In this document: in pieces, positions 1 through 12,360 of the stretch
How positions within the stretch are numbered: the stretch's first letter is position 1
Layout of the letters: every line of letters begins with the position of its first letter
DNA from: Azolla caroliniana
Taxonomy: Eukaryota > Plantae > Polypodiophyta
Length of the DNA: 64,000 nt
Direction of reading: 5' to 3'
Assembly (NCBI GenBank): GCA_043228905.1
Contig: JBHGNT010000011.1
Coordinates: forward strand, 13,144,001 to 13,208,000
Notes under the pieces: generated by a model
What the model saw: only the letters and a program-made list of their open reading frames with translations
Told to the model about the DNA's origin: nothing
Databases searched by the model: none
Translations under genes and position numbers: made by a program

Positions 1-61
1 CGCACTACGCGGAAGGATTGGATGGACCCGGAACCGGGAAAACTGGTAAAGGGCTAATCTT

Positions 62-3000
62 CATGATGAAGCACAAGGCTAACTCGATTAAGAAGACTAC
101 TTCCAAATAGGAGGAAGTATGGTACGTTGATTCTGGGGCATCCAACCACATGAGGAGCCATGAAGAGTGGTTCTCTTTTTTGGAGAAACCGGAACAACCG
201 GGGATTGTTGAAACCGGAGACGACACCCCTCACCCGATTGTGCATGTCGGAGAAGTCACTTTAAGCCATGTCAGACAAAAGGGGAAGCTAATGAACGTAC
301 TACACGTTCCGACTATCACAAAGAACCTGGTGTCAGTTGGACAAATCGTCAACCAGGGGATGCAGGTGTGGTTTACACACCTAGGGTGCTTGATCGAGGA
401 AGAAGGCTGGATAATTGCGCAAGGGCATAGAGAAGGGAGGATGTTCATCCTCAACACCAATGGTGTTGGCATCGCCATATTTGCCAAAGGGCAGAAGGTC
501 GAGTCGGACATCGACCTGTGGCACAAGCGGATCGGCCACGTCAACTACCGGAGGCTTCAGGACTTGCAATTGAAACAAGTTGATTTCGGTTTGCTGAAAT
601 TTAGTGGTCGGAAGGCCGAAATTTGTGAAGCCTACCAACTTGGGAAGCAACACCGACTTACATTCCCCACTGAACGAAACCGGAGCCATAACAAGCTTGA
701 TCTAATACATTCGAATGTATGGGGACTGGAACGTTAGTCTTGGCGGGAGTCGATACTTCATCTCCTTCATCGACGACTACAGCCGGCACACGTGGATCTA
801 TCTCATTGAACGGAAGAGCAAAGTCTTCGAATGTTTCCGGAACTTGCAAAGCTTAGTTGAACGGGAAACAAAGAGGAAGGTCAAGTGCTTGTGGTTGGAT
901 GGCAAAAAAGAATACTTTTCCGGCCAATTCTGCAACAGAACGAAATTCGGAGAGAATTCAGCTGCAGATACATTCCGGAGCAAAACAGTGTGGCCGAAAG
1001 GAAGAACCGGTGGATTGTCGACGCGGCAAGGGCAATGCTAGAGGAGAAGAGCATGCCCCAATTCTACTGGGCTGAGGTGGTCCGGACGACCGTCTACATC
1101 CAAAACCGGATAGGAGACAAGGTGTCATCACATGAGCTGTATTTCGGGCGGAAGCCGAATTTGAGACACCTTCGAATATTCGGTAGCATAGCATATGTGC
1201 ATGTACTAGATGAGAAACAGAACAAGCTAGATCCGAAGTTGGAGAAATGCATCCTAGTCGGCTACTCGTATGAGCAGAAGGGGTATAAGTGCTATAATCC
1301 CCGGATTAAGTAGGTCCAAGTAAGCCGAGATGTCGAGTTTGATGAGACGGCATCATGGTACTCCTTACCGACTCCAACTCCCGACGAAGACCTGATTCTA
1401 GAAGATGAGGCTAGTGAGCCCAAGGAGGTCCAGGTAGAAGATGAAGACTTCGGCACTCTAGAAGAGAGTTCGATCTCATTCCGGCTTAGTGGACCGAATG
1501 AGCGGCTGAGTCGAGATGACCAGTCGGATGAAGAACCGACGAGTAGTGGAGACTCTGCCGTGCTCTCCTTGCGCAAGGAACCGAGGAGACGGTTCACGCG
1601 CAAAGAGAAGGGGAAGAAGAAGATGCCGGAATACGAAACCAACAACATTGAGTCGGATCGGAGCGACTATGACTCCGGAAAGGATGAAGGCGGATCTTCG
1701 GGAACGAAGTCTGAACCGACCAAGAAGGGCCCCAAACTGGGTGATGACAAGTTATGCCGGTCTTCCCGCTAGAAGAACCCCGTTACGCGGTATGGGTACA
1801 ATGAGTACATGGCGCATCACTATGTGTACATGATCAAAGTGGTGGAGAACTACACAGAAGTGCGTGAGCCGGAGAGCTACGCTTGGCGTGCCACTATGGA
1901 AGAAGAAATGCGGGCAGTCAATGCCAATGACACATGGGACCTCGTCGACCCTCCTCGACATTGTAAACCGATAGGTTGCAAATGGGTGTACAAGGTAAAG
2001 TACAATGCCAACGGTTCGGTTAACTGGTACAAGGCCCGGTTAGTGGCGAAGGGATACGCACAGACCCACAGAATCGACTACGAGTAGACCTTCGCTTCGG
2101 TAGCAAAGTGTATGATGGTTCGCGTGGTATTGGCGGTTGCCGCGGCAAGGGGATGGCATCTTCAACAAATGGACATGAAGAATGCGTTTCTTCAAGGTGA
2201 CCTTGAAGAACAGGTCTATATGATCCAACCCTCCGGTTTTCAGTCGGAGATGAACAAGTTGGTAGTGTGTCGGTTTAAGAAGTTGCTTTACGGTCTGAAA
2301 CAAGCCCCCCGAGCTTGGAATGCGAAGATCACGCACCGGTTGCATAAGATGGGGTTTGTGACCTCTAAATCCGACTCCTCGTTGTTCATCCGACAAGGTG
2401 TGGATGGTTCGGATGGTTGGGTTTGCATCTTACTTTATGCTGATGATTTAGTCATCACCGGACCCAGACTCAATGAAATCGGCCGAGTAAAGTCCTAGCT
2501 GTCGGATGCATTTGAAATGAAGGACCTGGGGGACCTTCATTATTTTCTTGGGATCGAGGTGATCTGAACCCCAGACGGCATATCGCTCTCACAACGACAC
2601 TATGTGTTGAATATGCTGTACAAGTTCGGCATGACAGAATGCCAACTTGTCTCCACACCCCTGGACCGGAACCAGAAGCTCTGTCCCAAACTCCGGACCG
2701 GCCTGCAATGAGAAATGGTGTCGTGAAGAATTTTGGCCAGAGGCAAAAACCGGGAAATATTGGCTACATCGGCGGGGTACAGCATGTGCGCTCACCCTTG
2801 TACATTTAGTGTGAATAACGAGGGCACCTTTATGGCGCCGAAGAGTAATCAAGTCGGGACAAGAATCCCATGTAATAAGGGATTTATCCCACGATGCTAC
2901 GGATCCCTCTCCTTGTTCTATAAAAGGAAGGGAGCGCCCTTGTTGAAGGGATTGCCCATGTTTGGTAGTAGGATATACCGTGAGAGGAAGAAACGTTCTC

Positions 3001-4532
3001 TCTTCCTCTTTCTTTTCTCTGGTTTTAGGGTTTCTTCTTGTTCTCCCCTGCTTCTTCTTCGTCGTTCTGTGTGTCGAGCCTTGGCATCTAGTGTTTCTGT
3101 TTTTTGCCCTGTTCTCTGTGCAAGACCCCGCTCGGCGTGACAAGCCCGAGAGTTCCCCGACCGGCGGCTTGGTAGTAGACAACAGTTGTATCCTATGCTA
3201 CCTAGGTCTGGCTCGAAGTCGGTGTTGAATCTCGTTGTCTTGTAAATACATATACATTTGGTTGTGCATATTCGTTTCTCTGTTGGTGTGTGTGTGTGTG
3301 TGTCTTGGTGTTTCTTTCTTGCTTATGTACATAAGGGCGCGAGTTGGGTCGGTGTTGTGTGCGTGTGTGAGAGTCAATGTTGCATGCCTGTTCTCTCTCT
3401 CTCTCTCCCTTCGGTTGTTTCCGGTGTGCTTTTGGGATGCCCTGGAAATGGTGAAGCACGGCTTCCTACGCTCCGTCACTCCCTAGTCCAAGACCCCCGT
3501 GGTCCCGCTTGGAATTCTACACGTACCCACGAAACTTCACGGCAACGGTTCCGAAAAATTATCGGAAGCCTCCTATACTGGACAATCACTCGACCTGACA
3601 TCAGTCACCCAGTCGGAGTGATCGACCAGTTCATGCAGAAGCCGACCGTCGAGCACCATCAGTGCGCACATCGGATACTTTGGTATGTGAGCGGCATGAA
3701 GGAGCGGGGATTGTTATACTAGCATGGTATAACTGAAGAGCTAGTCGGATACATAGATGCTGACTGGGCTGGTGATGCATCGGATCGCCGATCCACCTCC
3801 GGTTACATGTTTTCTCTAGGTAGCGCGGCTGTTGCGTGGAGCAGCAAAAAGCAACCAACAGTGGCTCTATCGAGCACTGAGGCTGAGTACTGGGGTGCTA
3901 CCAATGCCACTTGTGAAGCCATCTGGCTTCGGCGACTGCCGTGTGACCTCTGGATCGAGGTACTGACCCTAATCCTGATCTATTGTGACAACATGAGTAG
4001 CATTCAGCTCGCCAAGAACCCTGTATTCCATGCTCAGACAAAGCACATAGAAGTGCATTATCACTTTGTTTGCGAGCGGGTCTTGAGTGGTGAAGTTGAA
4101 CTTCCGTATGTTCACATGGATCGGCAGGTTGCCGACATCTTCACCAAGCCGCTAGGATCGAACAAGTTGCAACATTTTTCGGAGATGCTCGATATTCAGC
4201 ATCTCGATGTGCCGCACTTGAGGGGGAGAAAAGGAAAGGGAACGGATGGCACCAAACAAGGAGCCGGAGAGGAAGAAAGAACTAACAAAGGGGGAGACAA
4301 AGGGAAAAAGGAAGCCGAGTCGATGAAGGAAGTTGGCACATCTGAACAAGTCGGAACAAGTGGTAGTGGCGGTAAAGTCAAGAAGGACAGAGCCAACAGG
4401 AAGGAAAAGGCCAAACGAACATGGACGCAACGGAAGTCGATGCCAACACGAAGGAACCCATGGGTCGACAAGCATCGGAGTCGCAACAACGAGGGAGTTG
4501 AAATGGGCCTGTTGAGCAGACAAGCTGACTGA
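62..4532 (+). pseudogene. pol: Copia A pol (PR-INT-RT-RH plus C-terminal extension), many stops and frameshifts
   Basis: ORF fragments 150-737, 715-1041, 885-1313, 1809-2087, 2112-2498 and 3807-4532 carry Copia motifs. Confidence 0.9.
2719..3544 (+). mobile_element. Solo LTR (TGTCGTG family) inserted in RT of Copia A
   Basis: Termini TGTCGTGAAG..CTTCACGGCA; 4-bp TSD ATGG/ACGG; removal restores the RT frame NEKRFRKIIGSL; TATAAAAGG near 2918. Confidence 0.88.
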
Positions 4533-4690
4533 GGAGGTCGAGGTGCGCAAAACCAGAAGGGTTGCAACAAATAGGACCAGACCAAACGAGGAGCGCAAGC
4601 AAGTCAGAGCAACGCCAGAAGGAGCCGGGTAGAAGAACCGGCTGGCACAGACACTAACACCACGATCTGACCTTTGAGCTTGAGGGGGAG

Positions 4691-5112
4691 TGTTGAGCGA
4701 GCAAGCTCAACCGGATCCGGATCGGTATTTGAAAACAATTGGTCGGATCAGGGAGACGGATCGGAGAGCCGGATTCAAGCAGGAATCGGAAGCCTAGTAG
4801 TAGCCTAGACTACTAGGTAATCATTGTCTCGTAGTTAGTGTCAATCGCACCTAGGAATATTGAAGTACCTGTCAGTACTTCTGTCAGTACTTCTGTCAGT
4901 CCTTTATGGACTTGTATAAATAGTGTTGTTTAGCACGCTATATGTATAGAGTTACAATGTATTTTCATTTTTTGAATCTACGCTTACGTTCAACTCTCCC
5001 TGTCTCTCCCACGTATACTCTTTGTATACTAAGCTTCTCCATTAAACTTTCATCTTATTGTCTATTGCTCTCCGGTTGAGCCGGTTCTATCTAACGCTTC
5101 CACACGTTTACA
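4691..5112 (+). repeat. 3' LTR of Copia A
   Basis: Follows the PPT; TG..CA termini; TATAAATA near 4915. Confidence 0.85.
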
Positions 5113-5155
5113 TTCACAATAAGGTCATGGGTTCGAAACTTGCCATATCATGACA
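5113..5155 (-). mobile_element. Terminal remnant of a Tcn1-like chromovirus LTR into which Copia A inserted
   Basis: ATAAGGTCATGGGTTCGAAACTTGCCATATCATGACA matches the LTR ends at 8666 and 14002. Confidence 0.8.
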
Positions 5156-6082
<927 letters not shown>

Positions 6083-6450
6083 TGTAAAAGAATACGTGTG
6101 CGGAAGTGTATGCGTATACACGGTTCGGAAGTACGACAGTTCGGTGAAACACAAAAATCATAGAGAAAGAGAGGGAGAGATAAAGACAAAGAGAGAGTTG
6201 AAACTACAAAACTATATTAAAAAATTCTCGGAATGTTCTCTGTACATATTTTGTGCTCTGTGAGCACCTTTTATACAAGCCCTGACTATCAGGCTGACAC
6301 AAGTACTGCCAATACTTGACCGCTCATAAATGAGCCTTCTAAACTAACTCCCAAAACTATTCCTTATGAGGAATAATGTTCTAACAGCCTCTTGGTTTAA
6401 ATATCGCCACGGCCATATTTTGTGTATGGTTTTACGCACCCAGTCTACGT

Positions 6451-8119
6451 TGTCGTGATGTGGCGTGCTCGAGGGTGGGAAAAACCGGCGAAAGGGGGGG
6501 TCAAAATGTGCATGTGCAATGTGTGTGCACACAAAAGCAATTACTTGTGCATATTCAAAATAAAAAAGAAAAGAAAGGGTGAAAAGGATGTATAGAGCTC
6601 GTGCAAAAAGTAAGAGAGAGGAGAGATAAAAGGCAGAGGGGAGACGCGCTATGAATTTTTAGAGATAGAATTATATATCTTATATAAGAGAGAGTTAGTG
6701 GGCTAGTGGACAGTCACATTGATTACTATCTAGGGGTGCACGGTTCGAGTCTAGTCTTACAGTGTAATGTGATTTAAGGAATTTTATTCCTTTTTCATTG
6801 AAGACAATTTTGGCGACCCCCTTTTCTTTTTTTGTTATAAAAGGAGGTCAAGGGGGGCTCATTGGGGAGGACGTTTTGGGAGGAGGAGACTATCGCCAAT
6901 TTTCCTTCGAAGCTCTTCATCTCCTTATTCACCACTTCTCTTTATCTCATACCCCTTCATCCCCCCATCGCCACGTGCTCGTCTTCTTCGCGTTGGCACT
7001 CGAAGTGCTCGTGAGCCCAAGCTTCGTTGGTTCGACGTTGCTCCGCCCCGTTCGTCGTTGCGAGCCCGTGTGCTCGCCGTTCGGGTGGTCGTGGTTCATT
7101 GGGATTGGCATTTTGGTGGTGCTCGTGTGTTCATTGTCTCCGTGTTCAGATTTGCTTTTGTCTCTAAGGGCATTTAATATTTATGTTTTGATTGAGCTTG
7201 TGGTTAACTATAAGTTGCCATTGTAAACAAAACCCTATTTTATAAAGGGTCCTCTTGTGTTGGAATCGAACACGTATTTATCTCTTTGGTTGATATCATT
7301 CGTGTTTCTTTCTCTCCTTCTTTCTTTATTCGTGTCTTCCTTGTACGTTCGGCTGTCTTGTGACGAGGGGACCGTTCGGGCTTGCCCATGCACCTCTCCT
7401 CCTCATAAAGGCGTACGAGCATTTTGTGCGTGTGTTTGTATCTTTCTTGTACGTTCGGCCGTCTTGTGACGAGGGAACTGTTTGGGCTTGGCCATGCACC
7501 TCTCCTCCTCATAAAGGCGTACGAGCATTTTGTGTGTGTGTTTGTGTCTTTCTTGTACGTTCGGTCGTCTTGTGACGAGGGGACTGTTCGGGCTTGCCCA
7601 TGCACCTCTCCTCCTCATAAAGGCGTACGAGCATTTGTGTGTGTGTTTTGTGTCTTCCTCGTACATTCGGCCATCTTGTGACGAGGGGACCGTTCGGGCT
7701 TGCCCATGCACCTCTCCTCCTCATAAAGGCGTACGAGCATTTTGTGTCTTCCTCGTACGTTCGACGTCTTGTGATGAGGGAGCGTTCGGGCGTGCCCATG
7801 CACCTCTCCTCCTCATAAAGACGTACGAACATTCGTGTTTGTGTTATCGTCCCCTTGTGCGTTCATGTTGTGTGCTCATCTTTCTTGTACCCGTTTGGTC
7901 ACTTGGCTTGTGCGGTGATCTCGGAAGGTCGACAAGTCGTTATCAACGAGAGCCACCGGCCTCACAAAACAAAGGGCAACGAGACCTTGCTCGGGAAGGG
8001 GTCGGGAAGTAGTATTGTCGTAAAGCAAACCTCGGGTCTTCTCTATCCCTTGAGTACTCCCTAGTCCAAGACCCCCGTGGTCCCGCCCAAGTAACACACA
8101 TGCGCGAAACTTCGCGACA
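6451..8119 (+). mobile_element. Long solo LTR (TGTCGTG family, about 1.67 kb)
   Basis: Termini TGTCGTGA..TTCGCGACA; perfect 4-bp TSD ACGT; 3' block CCCTAGTCCAAGACCCCCGTGGTCCCGC shared with the solo LTR at 2719-3544. Confidence 0.88.
7332..7845. repeat. Tandem repeat, about 106-bp unit x 5, inside the solo LTR
   Basis: GTACGTTCGG..GCCCATGCACCTCTCCTCCTCATAAAGGCGTACGAGCATTT recurs near 7343, 7449, 7555, 7661 and 7755. Confidence 0.95.
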
Positions 8120-8256
8120 ACGTACTGGGTTATGTACCCGTTTACGCACCTAATGTTGAGCTTGTCTCTCAACATTCCCCCTACAGATCAACTTGAGATT
8201 CCGCATGCTCCGCCGGATCTTCGCTCCGGCTTCTCCTGGCTTCATGCCTCACTCAC

Positions 8257-8666
8257 TGTCAAGAACAGTACTAAAAGAAGTATTAGTACTAAGAGAGGTG
8301 AAGAACTCTCGAGAGAAGGAAAGAGTGAGTGAGAGGGAGGGAGAGAGAGATCGAGAGAGAGAGAGAGAGAGTGATGATAGGAAAAGATATATATTATGTG
8401 AAGAAAATGTACAATAGCTAGGAGGCTTAAGACTGGCGTTGAACCGATTTGGTTCAAAATAATGCCTTGTGCCTCCTTTTATAGTGTTCTAAGGAATACT
8501 CCTAAAGTTTCTAGAATGTTCCAGAGAAATCTGGAATATACATCAATTTTCTATAATAAAACATAATGAAAATAATATTCTATGTATTACAATGTATAGT
8601 CTAATGGTCAAGAGCTCGACCCATGTAGCATAAGGTCATGGGTTCGAGTCTTGCCATATCATGACA
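8257..8666 (-). repeat. 3' LTR of the Tcn1-like element
   Basis: TGTCA..TGACA; direct repeat of 13571-14002. Confidence 0.95.
8590..8660 (+). promoter_or_regulatory. tRNA-like Pol III type-2 promoter (A and B boxes) in the 3' LTR, antisense to the element
   Basis: A box TAGTCTAATGG 8597-8607; B box GGTTCGAGTCT 8641-8651; tRNA-like spacing. Confidence 0.6.
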
Positions 8667-8896
8667 CTATCCCCCCTTTAAAACGACGAGTGTAACGAGT
8701 CGTTTTGGATTGAGGACCCGGTTTGTCTGGATATTGACGATGGAAGTCTTTAAGAAGAGCACGAGCATTGGTGACATTCTCTATCCCCCTTTAAAACGAA
8801 GAGTGTAACGAGTCGTTTTGGATTGAGGACCCGGTTTGTCTGGATTTGACGATGGAAGTCTTTAAGAAGAGCACGAGCATTGGTGACATTCTCTAT
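8667..8896. repeat. About 114-bp tandem duplication covering the PPT and the end of the integrase/chromodomain region
   Basis: CTATCCCCC..GGTGACATTCT at 8667-8780 repeated from 8781. Confidence 0.93.
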
Positions 8897-11800
8897 CGAT
8901 TCCCAAGTACGCTTGCTGGGTCTATATCCTAGCCAATCGACTAGATAGTAGAGCTTGTTGCGAACAATCTTGGAATCAAGGATGGCGGCAACCTCATACT
9001 CAGGTCCATCTTCAAGCTCGATCGGGGGTGGAGGCTGTGTAATACGTCCTGGGATGGTGCTCTCTTGATAGGGTTCGAGGAGAGAACTATTGAACACCGG
9101 ATGTATCCGAAGTTGTGGAGGTAGATCAAGACGAAAAGCGACATCATTAATCTTTGCTATAATACGGAAAGGACCTAATCGCCGATAATCCAACTTCTCG
9201 CATGGGCGAGTGGTCTTGATGTGTTGTCGGAGTAGCCATACCCGATCTCCAATGTTAAAACTAGATGGGAGTCGATGACGATCCGCATAAACCTTGTGTG
9301 TTTGTTGAGCTTGTTGGAGGTGAGTAGATACATCCGCTTGTATCTTGCGTAACCTCTCCAAACGATCTTCTGCGCAAGGATTTGTGGACACTTCTGGGGT
9401 TTCAAGTACACACCACCGGGGGTGACATCCCGTATAAGCATAAAATGGCGTAACTTTAGTGGATGCGTGGATAGAGTTGTTATAGGCAAATTCGGCGAAG
9501 TGGAGAATATCTGCCCAGTCATCCTGATGATAGCTGAGAAAGCACCGCAGATACTGCTCCAGCATTTGATTGGTTCGTTCGGCTTGGCCATCGGTTTGGG
9601 GGTGGTAGCCGGAGGAGAGGTTACAAGTGACCTTGAGCATGTTAAAAAGGTGCTACCAGAATTTTGATACGAACTAGGGTCCACGGTCGCTGATGATACT
9701 ATTGGGAAGTCTATGATGCCGACATACTTCACGCATGACAATTTCGGCAGTGTCTTCACTGGAGATCTCCTTAGTACATGGCAAGAAATGAGCCATCTTC
9801 GTATATCGATCGACCATTGTTAGAATCGCATTGAACCCCTTAGAGACTGGAAGATCTGTGATGAAGTCTAGAGCAATGGATTGCCACGGCTTGCTTGGAA
9901 TTGGTAATGGTTCTAATAAACCATATGGATGATGCCTTGACATTTTCGCTCTGCAGCATGTATCACAAGTCCAAACAAAATCCTCGACAAATTGTCGCAT
10001 ACAGGGCCACCAAAATGATCGTTGTACTAAATGTAATGTTTTAGTACTACCAAAAGCCCAGCTGTATATGTGTCATGACAGTTTTGTACTACTTGAAGGC
10101 GGCAAGAACTATTAGGAACATACAAAAGTTCTTTGAAGAAGAGTAATCCATCATGGTATTTGAATTGCCGATAGTCTCTACCTGGTGGTTGCGACTGTGA
10201 ACACGACGCGCGAGAGGGATCAATTTGTGCTAGTATAGCTTGGGCGAACGCATCTGTCTTCAAGTCTTCGCGTATGGTATCGATAACGCGGGAATCCATG
10301 GGCATGTTAAAGATCCGTGTTGCTTGTAGTCGTGCCGGTCCCAAGATGACTTGTTTTTGGTTATCGAAAGCTAGCTCGCCGGGATGGGGTGCTAGATACG
10401 AACGTTGTGATTATGCATCTGCCTTCCCTTGGTGCTTCCCCGGACGATATGTAATTTTGACGTCGAAACGCGTGAGGAAGTGGGCCCACCGAGCTTGACG
10501 TCGATTCAACACACGAGCATCCTGAAAGTAGGCAAGGTTCTTGTGGTCACTAAATACAGTGACCGGATAAGAGGATCCCTCCAGAAAATGCCTCCATTGC
10601 ATAAAAGAATGCATTATTGCCAATAGCTCCTTATCATGAATTTCGTAGTTGATTTCGGCGGCGTCAAACTTGCGTGAGTGAAAAGCCACAAGATGTAGCT
10701 TCTCATCATTCCCTGTTGTGATAGAATGCTCCCCAATTCAAAATCCGATGCGTCAGCTTCGATAATGAATGGTTTTTCCGGATCGACATGAGCTAGAATT
10801 GGAGCCGATGTAAATGCCTTTTTTAAGACTCTCGAAAGCCATGTCCGTTTCTTCAGACCAGATGAACGGTTGTCCCTTCTTGGTAAGTTGTGTGAGAGGT
10901 AGAACGATCTTTGAGTAATCTTGTATGAACTTCCGGTAAAAATTGGCAAAGACTAGGAAGCATTGCACATCCCGCACCGAACGCGGAGTCTGCCATTCTA
11001 CCACCGTTTTGACCTTAGTTGGGTCCATGGAGATGCCTTGTGATGAAATGATGTACCCGAGAAATTCCACTTGGTTGCACCCGAAACTACATTTTTCCAG
11101 CTTTGCATACAGACCATGTTCTCGAAGTCGTTTTAGTACTAATAGTACATGAGAATCATGTTCTTCTTGGGTCTTTGAATAAAGCAGTAGATCATCCAAA
11201 TAGATGATCAAACAATCATCCAATAGATCTTGGAATATATCATTAGCCATGTGCTGGAAGATTGTCGGCGCATTAGTGAGGCCGAACGGCATGACCGTAT
11301 ACTCGAAGTGCCCATATCTGGTGCGAAACGCGGTCTTCCATTCGTCTCTTGGTCGGATTCGTACGAGGTTATATGCTCCCCGTAAGTCGATCTTCATGAA
11401 GAACCTGACACCATTGATCCGTTCTAAAAGACTTGAGATAAGGGGAAGAGCATACCTATTCCTGATTGTAACCTTATTCAGGCCACAATAATCTACAACG
11501 AGACGAAGCGATCCATCCTTTTTCTTGACGAAGAAAATGGGCGCGCCAGCTGGAGATTTCGAATGCCGAATGAAACCATTTTCCAAATTCTCCTCTATAT
11601 AGGCCCGAAGGACTTCCAGCTCGGTTGGTGACAAATTGTAGATCGGTCCCCATGGCAACTCTTTTCCCGGTTGTAAATCGATGGGGCAATCGTACGGTCG
11701 ATGATGAGGAAGTGTGTTGGCTTGTACTTTATCGAACACATCGACGTAATGACGATACTTCTCGGGAAGTTGAATGGTGGATTCTTCTTTAGTGGTGTTG

Positions 11801-12360
11801 GAGGGGTTTACTAATATTGCAAAGAGGAACATTTCTTCCTTGCGCCCTTCTTTACGCAACTGACATAGCGAAATGGTTGCCATCTTCTGAGTTGACCCTT
11901 GGGTTTGGCGACACCGGATTTCTCTTGTTCTCCAATCTATGTCTGGGTTATGGAACTCGAACCACGGTAATCCTAAAACTATGGGATGTTCTGGGATACT
12001 AATAATATTAAATGATACTACACATGCTAAGTTATCTAGGACAATATTAATGGGCTTTGACTCTTTTATGATATTTCCGGAAGCAATGGGACGTCCATCA
12101 ATGACTACTACAGAGGGTGGACACTGGATTTTTCTTAGGGATATCTTAGGAGCTTGAGCAAATTTCTTATCCATAAAGCAAGAGTTAGCTCCGGAATCTA
12201 GGAGTGCTAGGACATGTATTGGAGGGGTACTTTTAGTACTAACTATTACTTGGGCTACGAGCACATCACTAACTTGCTTAGAGGGAATGGCACCACTAAT
12301 GGGCTGCACAGATCTAGGGCTGTCCAACGAAACGGCTCCTATTTTGGCTGGACTTAGTCG
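8750..12360 (-). pseudogene. pol: Tcn1-like pol (PR-RT-RH-INT-chromodomain), frameshifted
   Basis: ORFs 10753-12327 (PR, RT), 10411-10689 (RH), 10027-10344, 9674-10000, 8750-9640 (INT, GPF motif, chromodomain). Confidence 0.92.

Larger units (their letters stand above)
1..5112 (+). mobile_element. Ty1/Copia element A (5' end outside window), degenerate, interrupted by a solo LTR
   Basis: Domain order protease (WYVDSGASNHM), GAG-pre-integrase (LWHKRIGH), integrase, RT ([15 protein letters not shown]), RNase H ([10 protein letters not shown]); PPT TGAGGGGGAG 4681-4690; 3' LTR TGTTGAG..TTTACA. Confidence 0.93.
6083..8174 (-). repeat. 3' LTR of Copia D, split by solo LTR 6451-8119
   Basis: Collinear with 37315-37739 once the insert is removed. 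Confidence 0.88.

Noticed and set aside
2589-3722. ORFs of 135-197 aa across the solo LTR (possible env-like gene)
   Set aside because: They cross insertion boundaries and microsatellites; hydrophobicity comes from T-rich LTR sequence.
7240-8012. Repetitive ORFs on both strands
   Set aside because: They are translations of the 106-bp tandem repeat with no recognisable domain.
8590-8660. Functional tRNA gene
   Set aside because: Acceptor, anticodon and T stems do not pair; only the A and B boxes remain.
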